Origin: a bacterium
Lineage (GTDB): Bacteria; Patescibacteriota; Microgenomatia; Curtissbacterales; GWA2-41-24
Reading direction: 5' to 3'
Assembly (NCBI GenBank): GCA_021813945.1
Contig: JAKAJD010000001.1
Coordinates: forward strand, 206,115 to 270,114
Length of the DNA stretch: 64,000 bases
The notes under the pieces were generated by a model. It had not been told where the DNA came from, did no database searches, and worked only from the letters and a program-made list of their open reading frames with translations. This document shows positions 20,394 through 29,207 of the stretch, in pieces (position 1 is the first letter of the stretch; each line of letters starts with the position of its first letter). Position numbers and translations under genes: made by a program.

Positions 20394-21029
20394 CTAAATA
20401 GAAAATGTTGGGTGCTCATGGTTGTGATCAGAAGGTTTAAATTCTCTTTTTAAATCTTCAATCGATTTTATTGCGTCCTCTGGGGTATTTACTATCTTAA
20501 AAACCAGACGTTCTTCTGGCCTGATATACATTCCTCGAGTGAAGGCAAAAATTATCTCTTGCCAAAAATCACCAAAAAGAATAAGCGGCTTGTGGTGGCC
20601 AAAATAAAGCCTTGCCAATCCCCACGCCATACCAAATTCGGATATTGTTCCGGTCCCTCCATTAAAAATGATAAAAACTTGCCCAATCTCAAGAAGTTTC
20701 AGCGTTCTCTCTAAATAATTCTTTTCAACAATAAGCTTGTCAACTTTATTACTTTCATCTCTCCCCTCAAAAACAGGTATGTCCTTTGGATAGAAAGTAA
20801 TTCCTATGGTTTTTCCACCTTCACTTTTAGCTCCTAATGTTGAAGCTTTCATGATTCCAGGTCCGGCACCATTGACAACTGTGTAACCATGCTTTGCACA
20901 CAACGCCGCAGTTTTAAATGCGGCCTTAAAAGGGTCGTCAGCCTCCTTTGCATCCGCATATCCCAGAAAAGTTACATTTTTTATGGTTGTTTCCTCGCCA
21001 AAAACAGATCGGATAGGTTTTTTAATCAT
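20394..21029 (-). CDS. LOG family protein (nucleotide 5'-monophosphate phosphoribohydrolase / TIGR00730)
   Basis: IFNGGTGTISEFGMAW (PGGxGTxxE-like motif) in a Rossmann fold. Confidence 0.8.
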   Translation of the reverse strand: MIKKPIRSVFGEETTIKNVTFLGYADAKEADDPFKAAFKTAALCAKHGYTVVNGAGPGIMKASTLGAKSEGGKTIGITFYPKDIPVFEGRDESNKVDKLIVEKNYLERTLKLLEIGQVFIIFNGGTGTISEFGMAWGLARLYFGHHKPLILFGDFWQEIIFAFTRGMYIRPEERLVFKIVNTPEDAIKSIEDLKREFKPSDHNHEHPTFSI

Positions 21030-21053
21030 TTATCTTGAAGGGTCTTACAACTA

Positions 21054-21698
21054 TTATCGTTTAACCTTGGCAAGCTTATCAAGCTTCTCATAAGCAACAA
21101 CATAATCAGGAGCGTTGTGAAGTGCGGATGTTGCAACAAGGAAATCCGCACCTGCTTTTGCTAAAAGTGGCGCCGTATCAAAGTTAACACCAATATCAAT
21201 TTCGACTGGAAGATAAGGTTCAAGCAACTTTGATTCTTTGATCCTTCTATAAACAGGCTCTTGCAGCTTTTTTCCTGAAAAACCTGGGCTTGCTGAAAAT
21301 ATGCACAGCAGATCAAGATTTTCAGAAAAACCTATTATTGTTTCAACTGATGTCTCTGGATTGATTGAGAGACCGACTTGCTTGTCCATGCTCTTTACTT
21401 TGTAGATGTTTTCCAGAACATTTTCTTTAGTTTCGTAAGGAAAAATTATTCTCGAAACAAAATCTATATCAGCCAGTTTGGCGATGTGGCTCGATGGGTC
21501 TTTAACCATGAGCTGGACTTCCAACATAGAATTTGAGGGATATTTTTTTATTGTGTCGACACCCACAGTATGATTCGGAGCAAAAAAGCCATCTATAACA
21601 TCTACTTGAATAAGATCAGATACGTGTTCTGCCCGCCTTAATCTAGCAACATAATCGTTTTCGTCGTTAGTTAATATTCCAGGAACAATTTTTGCCAT
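21054..21698 (-). CDS. rpe: ribulose-phosphate 3-epimerase
   Basis: MAKIVPGILTND...VDVIDGFFAPN...LEVQLMV is the Rpe signature. Confidence 0.9.
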   Translation of the reverse strand: MAKIVPGILTNDENDYVARLRRAEHVSDLIQVDVIDGFFAPNHTVGVDTIKKYPSNSMLEVQLMVKDPSSHIAKLADIDFVSRIIFPYETKENVLENIYKVKSMDKQVGLSINPETSVETIIGFSENLDLLCIFSASPGFSGKKLQEPVYRRIKESKLLEPYLPVEIDIGVNFDTAPLLAKAGADFLVATSALHNAPDYVVAYEKLDKLAKVKR

Positions 21699-21707
21699 AT
21701 TTAGATT

Positions 21708-23055
21708 CTAGTATAAATCATGATATTCACCCATTTGCGGAATAATAACTTGCTTTCCAAGTTCCAATTTAATTTTTCCAGCAAGAGTTAGTTGTTGATC
21801 AACCTCTCCGTGTGTTAAAAAAATTCTTTTAACATTTTTTGAATAAGATAACCAGTCAATAAGCTGGGGCATGTCTGCGTGGGCGCTATACGATCCAATC
21901 GATTTAACTTGAGCGTTAACAACAACTTTTTTACCGTAAATTTTAACTTCTCTGTGCCCTTCGAAAATTCTTCTCCCTAAAGTTCCCTGCGCTTGATACC
22001 CCACAATAAGAATGCTGTTTTTGCCATCTTCTGCAAAATTTAAAAGGTGATGAAGTATCCTACCGCCATTCATCATTCCCGACCCGGCAATAATCACTTT
22101 GGGATTTGGCGCAAGTTCAATTTGTTTGGATTCTTCAACCGTGTTTGTCAAATGGATTCTTTCAAGGCCAAAAAAATTATTATCCCTATGGCTTTTTCGA
22201 ATAGTTGAGCTTAAATATTCCGGATATTTGCTAAATAGAGCAGTTGCCTTTTGGGCCAGAGGGCTATCAAGGTAAAAAGTTGGTTTTTCGCAGCCCTCTA
22301 TAGAGCAGAAATCCTCAATATCGTGCAGAAGCTCTTGGGTCCTCTCTATCGCAAAACTTGGGATCATCAAAACGCCATTTTGCCGTGTGGTATTATTAAT
22401 AATTTCAGCCAGTTTAGTCTTTCTCTTGGCCACATCCTCGTGAATTCTTCCGCCGTATGTACTCTCACAGATAATGTAATCGGCGGAAGTAATGTGCTCT
22501 GGAGGATTTAAAAGTAGTGAAGGTACATTGCCAAGGTCGCTCGTATAGGTAAGGCAAATACCGTCGGCTTCTAAAACGGCAAAAGCCGAACCGAGTATAT
22601 GGCCTGCATTTTTGAGAGTTAATTTAATGCCTGGTGAAACTTCGACAGTTTCATCGTAAGATATAGTTTCAAAAAGCTCTAAAATTCGCTCAATATCACC
22701 CTTTTCATAAAGAGGTTGAACATTTTCTCGCTCAGCTTTTTCTTCCATTAGCTTTTCACTATCGTCTAGAACTAGCTCGGCTAGTTCTTTTGTGGGAGCA
22801 GTTGCAAAAATCTTACCTCTAAACCCCTCTCTGGCAAGCTTTGGCAGCCTACCGGTATGGTCTAAGTGGGCATGGCAAACAATGACAAAATCAATCTTTG
22901 AAGCATCGTAAGGAAAAGGAGAATAGTTTCTTTCTTCGCTTGATTTTGAACCCTGAAAAAGGCCACAATCAAAAAGAATCAGCTTCCCGGCTGATTCAAT
23001 AAGGAAATTCGACCCTGTAACTTCACGAGTTCCACCAAAAAAAGATATCCGCACA
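21708..23055 (-). CDS. beta-CASP family RNA-metabolising metallo-beta-lactamase (CPSF73/RNase J-like)
   Basis: ISFFGGTREVTGS...DCGLFQG...CHAHLDHTGRLP (MBL motifs), with beta-CASP residues downstream. The likely start is the GTG at 23055 (MRISFFGG...). The ORF-track start at 23228 would overlap the matrixin gene. Confidence 0.75.
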
Positions 23056-23101
23056 ATTTTAGTATTAAACAAAAAATTGTCTAAGTAAAGTAAAATATGT
23101 T

Positions 23102-23953
23102 TTGGAAATGAAAAAACTAGCTTACATCGCCATTTATATAACAATAATTGCAGTTGTCGCAGCGCACGTTTTCCCGAAAAGCATAAGTCTCGACAATATT
23201 CTTCATAAATCCCCTTGCGACAAACCAAGTACCTACAGCATTGGTTTTATTGATGACCGTTTCAATATTACACAAGATCAATTTAAATCAGATGTCCAAG
23301 ATGCAGCCAACATCTGGAATAAGGCTGAAGGAAAACAGCTTCTAGTTTATGACCCGCAAGGCAAATTGCAAATTAATATGATCTACGACGAAAGACAGGC
23401 ATTAACCAGTCAGATCAATAACCTAGAAGGTAATCTCCAGGGTGGAAAACAAGCCTTACAACCGCAAATAGACGAGTACAACAAACTTGTGGCAGATTTT
23501 AAATCGCGAATCGATAGCCTGAACAGCCAAATTGACTATTGGAACTCACGAGGAGGGGCCCCTCCCGATGAATACAACAAGCTTATCCAAAAGCAGCAAG
23601 ATCTGCAGAAAGAATCAGACAGCATCAATGCGCTTGCCCAAAAGCTCAACTTACAAACCGCAAATTATAACAGCCAGGTTAAAAATCTTAATCAAAAGAT
23701 CGAATCTTTTAATCAGCAGCTTGCCCAAAAACCAGAAGAAGGACTCTATATTGGACAGGAAAATAGAATCGAAATATATTTCAATAGCACTAAAAATGAA
23801 CTGGAGCATACATTAGCCCACGAATTAGGGCATGCACTTGGAATAGACCACAACGAAGACCAAAACTCGATAATGTATCCTTACACTACGGAATCACTAA
23901 AGCCAACTCAAAGCGACATAAACGCGCTTAACGCCATTTGCAAAAATCAATAA
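23102..23953 (+). CDS. membrane-anchored matrixin (M10) zinc metalloprotease with a Gln/Asn-rich coiled-coil spacer
   Basis: N-terminal TM, coiled-coil heptads (QINNLEGNLQGGKQALQPQIDEYNKL...). The C-terminal HELGHALGIDH...SIMYP is the HExxHxxGxxH motif plus Met-turn. Confidence 0.75.
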   Translation: MEMKKLAYIAIYITIIAVVAAHVFPKSISLDNILHKSPCDKPSTYSIGFIDDRFNITQDQFKSDVQDAANIWNKAEGKQLLVYDPQGKLQINMIYDERQALTSQINNLEGNLQGGKQALQPQIDEYNKLVADFKSRIDSLNSQIDYWNSRGGAPPDEYNKLIQKQQDLQKESDSINALAQKLNLQTANYNSQVKNLNQKIESFNQQLAQKPEEGLYIGQENRIEIYFNSTKNELEHTLAHELGHALGIDHNEDQNSIMYPYTTESLKPTQSDINALNAICKNQ

Positions 23954-23961
23954 CAGAAAAA

Positions 23962-24213
23962 TTAATTAATTCCCAAAACGGAATCAAGTCTCACCTTGTC
24001 GAATCCTAAAATTTTATCAACTGAGCCATCATCTTTTGTGATGACAGTAAAAGGGACCCCCAACTGACCGGAAAGTTCAATCATCTTTTGGGCTTCTTCA
24101 GGGTTTTCATCAACGAGTATTTCCGAAAAATCTATATTTTTGGATTTGAGATACTCTTTTTGCATTTTGCAAAATGGGCAAGTCGTTGTTGTATAAATCG
24201 TTATTTTTGGCAT
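23962..24213 (-). CDS. glutaredoxin/NrdH-like thiol-disulfide oxidoreductase
   Basis: ITIYTTTTCPFCK CxxC motif and ...GVPFVIT... thioredoxin fold. 83 aa. Confidence 0.8.
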   Translation of the reverse strand: MPKITIYTTTTCPFCKMQKEYLKSKNIDFSEILVDENPEEAQKMIELSGQLGVPFTVITKDDGSVDKILGFDKVRLDSVLGIN

Positions 24214-24266
24214 TTGAAAGATTATATAAAAAAGCAGCTAATTATTCTATTTGCTAAAATTGACTA

Positions 24267-24899
24267 ATGTCCAGAGAAGGCCAAACCTTAACAACAATAG
24301 CCCTTATTTTTTTTGGACTATTTATTACATTTACTGTAATTGTTGGCTTAAGCTTGTTCAGCACGATAGATATACAGAGCACTGTCTATCTTCAAAACAT
24401 AGTGCCTCATTTTTTAGACCTGCCATTTTCCTTTTTAAGCTTTCTTGGATCATTTGAGGTAACTTTTGCAGTGTTGGTGGCAATTATAGTTACAAAGTAT
24501 GCAAAAAATTCGCGTCAAGCAATCTACACAATCATAGCCTTCTTGATTGGGACAATTGCCGAGCTCAGCGGTAAGTTGTACTTATTCCACCCATCGCCAC
24601 CTAAATTGTTTTTCCGCCATGTCGATATATTGTTTCCAACCACTTATGTTCATACAAATTATTCTTACCCCTCAGGGCATATGTTTAGAACAACATTTTT
24701 AATAGTGTTATTCATTTATTATTTATCCGGTTCAAAGAAAAAAATTTATCCAATAATTCTTCTTATAGTAATATTATTTTTAATGGCTTCGTCAAGAATT
24801 TATCTTGGTGAACACTGGTTAAGTGATGTAATTGGAGGAATACTTCTTGGAACTTTTTTTGGAATAACGCTCATCAATGTTGTAAACCGAACAAACTAA
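24267..24899 (+). CDS. PAP2 family lipid phosphate phosphatase
   Basis: YSYPSGH and SRIYLGEHWLSDV are PAP2 motifs 2 and 3. Multi-TM protein. Confidence 0.8.
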   Translation: MSREGQTLTTIALIFFGLFITFTVIVGLSLFSTIDIQSTVYLQNIVPHFLDLPFSFLSFLGSFEVTFAVLVAIIVTKYAKNSRQAIYTIIAFLIGTIAELSGKLYLFHPSPPKLFFRHVDILFPTTYVHTNYSYPSGHMFRTTFLIVLFIYYLSGSKKKIYPIILLIVILFLMASSRIYLGEHWLSDVIGGILLGTFFGITLINVVNRTN

Positions 24900-24902
24900 T
24901 TT

Positions 24903-26822
24903 GTGCACAAAAAGATAGATTTACTTTTGATTGCATTTTTACTTATTCTATCTATTTTTTTCATTAGCTCGCATATTGCACCGGGGTCAACTGATGCATA
25001 TTGGCATCTTGCCGTAGGTCGGCAAGTTTGGCAAGAAAAAAAAGTAGTGCAGGAAGACAAATTCATTTATGGGTCCCAAAATCATTACTTTACATCTGTA
25101 GAATGGTTGTCAGGCCTAATAACGTATGCACTTGTGAAAACAGCAAGTGTCAATTCAATTTATGTCTTGAGAGTTTCAATCGGCCTAGCCATTTTGCTTA
25201 TCGTTTATTCAACAAATCAACTATTCAATTTAAAAAAAAGCTTGAACTATGCGGCGATTTTGCTATTAGCGTACGTTTTGCCTTCAAGGTTAAGCCTCGA
25301 TCGTCCAGAAAATTTCAGCTTGCTTTTTGTCGCAGCCATCAACTTCTTTGGCTTTTACTATCTGACAAGGCGCAAAATTACATACTTTTTTTTAACTCTT
25401 CCAGTAATATTCTTGTTGTGGCCAAATCTGCACGTATATGTGCCAATAGGCATATTTTTATTGGTTGCCTGGCTTTTAATTTATTTTCTGTCTTTTCTGG
25501 AAGATCACACAAAAATAGCGGAATTAAGATCCATATCGATAATAGTGTCCCTTTCCGCCCTAATGGCCGTTATTCAGTTTAGACGATTCATTTTCTTTTT
25601 ATTCACACCGTCTTTTGCGAAGTTTAGCGTTGGCGAGCAAGTTTCAATATTTTCAAGATTAAACGAAATAAAAATAAACTTTTTAAACCAAGTGCCGTTC
25701 GAAATATACGTCTACTTTTTTGTCTCGGTAGTATTTTTTATTATCAGCACAATTTTTATTTTGAAGAAAAATTTTAAGCTCAGCAACTTGTGCGTTCTTC
25801 TAATGGGGGCCTTTATTACAATACTCCCTGCAATATATTTTAGGCTTATAGCCTTGGAGAGTATTCTTGTTATACCAGTCGCCCTTTATCTCTTGTCCTT
25901 AACGGGCCTGAAAGATAAAACGGTCACCTACATATCAAATTCAGTTTTAGCCTTTTTGACATTTATTATTTTGATCTCAATATTTATTGGCCACCCTCTA
26001 GGGTGGAGGCAGTATTGGCGTTATTATCAAAACAATCAAGGAGACTACATCGGGGTTAGAAATTTTTCATGGACTGCTCAATTTCCAAAAAGCATTTCAG
26101 AAAATATAAACAAAAATTTATATTCAAAAAGAATTATAACTTCTAAAATCTGGAGCAACTATTTAATTTGGATGCTGCCTGGCGTTAAAACATTTTCTGA
26201 TGCCCAGTGGACATTTAGAACAGAAGATGATTTTAAAGATGAACAGAATTTAAACGGCGGAACAAATAACTGGGAAGAGCTATTAAAAAAATATAACATA
26301 GACACAGTCGTAAATAGCCAGTATGATTCAATAATTGACAACTTTACACCTGTATACCAATTGCCAAATTGGAAGTTGGCTTATGTTGACAGCAATGCTG
26401 TGATTTATGCGCGCAATGATGTTATAAAAAATCTTCCAGTTAATTTATCCAAAATCCACCCAGAGCAAGCCTACATTCCCTTCAATTTATCTTTTGATCC
26501 TAAAGACGAAGAAGCAGCAAATCAGCTGAGAGCCTTACTGCGTTATGATGACAAAAATTCCTTTGCAAGATCACAATTAATTTTATATGAGATGAATTAT
26601 CAAAACGATTTGGAAAATGCAAAAAAATTAACATTAGAATCGAAGTTATTAATTCCACAAGACCCTATATTTAGCTATTTCATGACAGCAATTTACGCAA
26701 GAGAAAATAAATGTGACCTTGCATTAAGCTTTGCCAAAGAAATGAAGCAAAAGAGCTTCGGCGACATTAACTTCTCTCAAGCCGCAAACACGGAACTTGC
26801 AAAATGCCAAAAAGCGATATAA
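24903..26822 (+). CDS. large polytopic membrane protein, GT-C-like glycosyltransferase candidate with a C-terminal soluble/TPR-like domain
   Basis: About 12 predicted TM helices followed by a roughly 250-aa hydrophilic tail. GTG start at 24903. Lies directly downstream of PAP2. Confidence 0.5.
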   Translation: MHKKIDLLLIAFLLILSIFFISSHIAPGSTDAYWHLAVGRQVWQEKKVVQEDKFIYGSQNHYFTSVEWLSGLITYALVKTASVNSIYVLRVSIGLAILLIVYSTNQLFNLKKSLNYAAILLLAYVLPSRLSLDRPENFSLLFVAAINFFGFYYLTRRKITYFFLTLPVIFLLWPNLHVYVPIGIFLLVAWLLIYFLSFLEDHTKIAELRSISIIVSLSALMAVIQFRRFIFFLFTPSFAKFSVGEQVSIFSRLNEIKINFLNQVPFEIYVYFFVSVVFFIISTIFILKKNFKLSNLCVLLMGAFITILPAIYFRLIALESILVIPVALYLLSLTGLKDKTVTYISNSVLAFLTFIILISIFIGHPLGWRQYWRYYQNNQGDYIGVRNFSWTAQFPKSISENINKNLYSKRIITSKIWSNYLIWMLPGVKTFSDAQWTFRTEDDFKDEQNLNGGTNNWEELLKKYNIDTVVNSQYDSIIDNFTPVYQLPNWKLAYVDSNAVIYARNDVIKNLPVNLSKIHPEQAYIPFNLSFDPKDEEAANQLRALLRYDDKNSFARSQLILYEMNYQNDLENAKKLTLESKLLIPQDPIFSYFMTAIYARENKCDLALSFAKEMKQKSFGDINFSQAANTELAKCQKAI

Positions 26823-26826
26823 ATAT

Positions 26827-27225
26827 CTACAATAAATCTTGAGTAACTCTATAATTCGAATCTAATTTAAGTTGTCTTGCCGTTTTATGTAAAGCTGCCA
26901 CTGTGTGATATGCAGAGGTACCAAAAGCAAAGAATCCGCCTGCTTTAAGTACTTTGCCTCTTAAGTGATCAGTTTTAGTTCTCAGAAGTTTTCTGGATAT
27001 AAGGCCAGACAAAGCAGCAACGGCGATGTTTGTGTCGCGACACGCCCGGTTACTACTTCTAAAATGCTCAAGCCGTAAACCTTCAAAAACTGTACCGCTT
27101 TTCAGTTCTTGCAAACAATCTTGTAAATGAAGGCGTGGGAAAATAACTGAATTTAAAACTTCAATTCCATCTATGCTTTTTTTATCAACCGGTCTTCCAT
27201 GGGTGGCTGGCTCAACTTCAATCAT
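26827..27225 (-). CDS. hypothetical protein; possibly a gene remnant
   Basis: ORF only. The frame stays open 22 codons upstream (PKFQILIIVVRGARAFWYNFR-) without a canonical start. A 244-nt non-coding gap separates it from the next minus-strand ORF. Confidence 0.3.
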   Translation of the reverse strand: MIEVEPATHGRPVDKKSIDGIEVLNSVIFPRLHLQDCLQELKSGTVFEGLRLEHFRSSNRACRDTNIAVAALSGLISRKLLRTKTDHLRGKVLKAGGFFAFGTSAYHTVAALHKTARQLKLDSNYRVTQDLL

Positions 27226-27469
27226 TCGAAAATTATACCAAAATGCTCTTGCACCTCGAACTACGATAATCAGAATTTGAAATTTAGGTCAAAAACGTCA
27301 GCAACTGGCTTGAAAACGGTAAAGATGTTTTTGTCTATTTTAACAATGACGCAATGGGTTACGCCCCCAAAAACGCCCAAGATCTAAAAGGACTAGTTGG
27401 TTTGAGCTAAAAGATTCCAGAATATGAGCTCACCATTACCAAAAGACGAATCACAGAAACTCAAACGAA

Positions 27470-27979
27470 TTATTCTTTATATGGGCCAAATTCCAAATCG
27501 CCAGCTAAAATAGACCTCATAATACCAACCCCGTTAAGTGAAGATAGGCCTCTAGGAATTGAGCGTTCTGTGTTTATTAAATTTAGATCATGAGCAATTC
27601 TTAAAAATTCTCTATCTGGATTACGAGTGAAATCTAAATGTCCGGGCTGGCTCGTAAGTCGTAATATCATCAAATCAACGAGTAGTAACCCAGCATCGAT
27701 GTCATCCACAATGGATACTCGTTTGAGCATAGACCTGACAAGTGCATCGGGATACTCTCTTCTAGTCAGACACACGCTCTTTGAAGCTTCACGCAAAGAT
27801 TTAATTTGAGAAGTGAATGGGTGAAACTTTTCCGCTGCATCACGCCAAAGCTGTTCTCTTGACTCAAAATCATTTGAGGGGTCCATGCCTGCTAATTGGT
27901 CATCAATGTAAAGCTGCAAGATCTCTTGGGCGGCTGTTGGTAGCAATGCAAGTTCTTCTGGTGTCAAATCTCGTTCCAT
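27470..27979 (-). CDS. hypothetical protein (169 aa), adjacent to tRNA-Glu
   Basis: ORF only. No recognisable motif. Confidence 0.4.
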   Translation of the reverse strand: MERDLTPEELALLPTAAQEILQLYIDDQLAGMDPSNDFESREQLWRDAAEKFHPFTSQIKSLREASKSVCLTRREYPDALVRSMLKRVSIVDDIDAGLLLVDLMILRLTSQPGHLDFTRNPDREFLRIAHDLNLINTERSIPRGLSSLNGVGIMRSILAGDLEFGPYKE

Positions 27980-28033
27980 ATTGGGCTGGAATTATACAAA
28001 AGATCAGAAGATAAATCAACTATAGGTCTTAAG

Positions 28034-28105
28034 TGGCTCCACGGGGAATCGAACCCCGCTTTGGACCTTGAAAGGGTCCCGTCCTAACCGATAGACGATG
28101 GAGCC
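28034..28105 (-). tRNA. tRNA-Glu (anticodon UUC)
   Basis: Minus-strand sequence GGCTCCATCGTCTATCGGTTAGGACGGGACCCTTTCAAGGTCCAAAGCGGGGTTCGATTCCCCGTGGAGCCA folds as a cloverleaf (7-bp acceptor, T-loop TTCGATT, anticodon loop CTTTCAA). No encoded CCA. Confidence 0.85.
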
Positions 28106-28185
28106 AAATTTAGCTAGCAAATTTTACCACAAAACATCCACAAATTACCCCCTCAAACAGATCATCTATCGCTTGAGGCCAGAGC

Positions 28186-28854
28186 CTATTTCCTAAATTT
28201 CTCCAACAAGGCTTCGAGTAATGATTTCGCTGTTCCTTGGCCGCCGAGACCAAAAGCGAGTCCTCCGGCTAGTGCCAGCATCGCCACTAATCCACCGAAA
28301 AGAATTCTCAAAAGCTCTTGCGCAACGCCAAGCTGGTGCAAAACCAAAAAGGCCACAAAAACTATTACCGACCATTCGGCAACAAGCCCAACCGTGTTAG
28401 ATACTTGCTTGCCTAATGACTGACTTGCACTTTTTGCAAGCCTGTAACCCAATCTTGAGAATGCAAGACCTACCATGGCAACAATTACCGCAACAATCAC
28501 ATTTGGAATGTAAAGGATGACCCGGTTTAAAACTGTGTTAACCGCATCCAACCTCCATGCCTGAAGCGTTGGTACCAAAAAGACAATAATAATTGTCCAT
28601 CGGGAAAGCTCAGCTAAAATCTCACTCCACTCTATGTCTTTACCTTCAAGCTTAGTCACTCCATACCTTGCTAAAAACTTTTCAAGCTGGATCATCTTTA
28701 AAAGCCCGAAAACCACACGGTAGACGACAGCTGCTATCACAAGACCAACTATTAAAATAATCAAACCACCTATAAAGCCAGGTATAAAATTAATAAAAGC
28801 TGCAATGGACTTTAAAACGGCCGAAGAAACTGCTGTAGACAAATCGTTTATCAC
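28186..28854 (-). CDS. mechanosensitive-channel-related membrane protein (repeated conserved TM-helix, MscS/CmpX-like)
   Basis: Two repeats of a TM-helix unit (FIGGLIILIVGLVIAAVVYRVV... and LVAMLALAGGLAFGLGGQG). It is the only gene between two tRNAs. Confidence 0.5.
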   Translation of the reverse strand: MINDLSTAVSSAVLKSIAAFINFIPGFIGGLIILIVGLVIAAVVYRVVFGLLKMIQLEKFLARYGVTKLEGKDIEWSEILAELSRWTIIIVFLVPTLQAWRLDAVNTVLNRVILYIPNVIVAVIVAMVGLAFSRLGYRLAKSASQSLGKQVSNTVGLVAEWSVIVFVAFLVLHQLGVAQELLRILFGGLVAMLALAGGLAFGLGGQGTAKSLLEALLEKFRK

Positions 28855-28946
28855 AAATTCTCACCTCCTCCCTATTTCAGCTACACCTCCATTTAAAGAG
28901 ATGTATATGAAAAAAGCAAGTGAAAATAATTTTGGATAGCCAAATT

Positions 28947-28964
28947 TTGTGACCCGCACAGGAT
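28947..28964. repeat. 18-nt exact copy (TTGTGACCCGCACAGGAT) of the tRNA-Lys 3' end plus flank; extended similarity 28938-28964 versus 29036-29064
   Basis: Direct comparison of the two segments. The copies are exactly 100 bp apart. Confidence 0.6.
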
Positions 28965-28965
28965 G

Positions 28966-28990
28966 AAAACGTTTTGCTTCGCAAAATGCG
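28966..28990 (-). terminator. hairpin (TTTTGC-TTC-GCAAAA, extendable to 8 bp) followed on the minus strand by a TTTT run
   Basis: Perfect palindrome seen in the sequence. It lies about 60 nt downstream of tRNA-Lys on the minus strand. Confidence 0.4.
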
Positions 28991-29049
28991 AACCTAGGGG
29001 TTCAACTGGAGAAATCACAAACAATTTTGACCAGAGCCAAAATCATTTG

Positions 29050-29121
29050 TGACCCGCACAGGATTCGAACCTGTAACCAATTGCTTAAAAGGCAACTGCT
29101 CTACCATTGAGCTAGCGGGCC
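29050..29121 (-). tRNA. tRNA-Lys (anticodon UUU)
   Basis: Minus-strand sequence GGCCCGCTAGCTCAATGGTAGAGCAGTTGCCTTTTAAGCAATTGGTTACAGGTTCGAATCCTGTGCGGGTCA folds as a cloverleaf. Anticodon loop CTTTTAA. Confidence 0.85.
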
Positions 29122-29207
29122 AAACGAAGTAATCGTGTTTGATATTATATCCAAAGTAGCATTGATCATCAACCAAACTAAAAGGTAGAATTATCTAAGT
29201 CAAGCAT

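Noticed and set aside
26827-27225. Resemblances of the orphan ORF to TrmL/SPOUT, Tpt1/KptA, Mug/UDG or DUF72 families.
   Set aside because: Each resemblance covered only a few residues and the defining motifs (PxNxGNIIR, RAxQGHS/HGT, GINPG/NPSGLS) are absent.
27199-27387. Plus-strand 62-aa ORF inside the 244-nt gap by tRNA-Glu.
   Set aside because: It has no RBS, low complexity and overlaps the start of the minus-strand ORF. It is treated as non-coding.
28938-29121. An intact integrated mobile element at tRNA-Lys.
   Set aside because: The duplicated tRNA 3' segment is only 100 bp from the gene and encloses no genes, and no integrase is present in the window. It is reported only as a scar or remnant.
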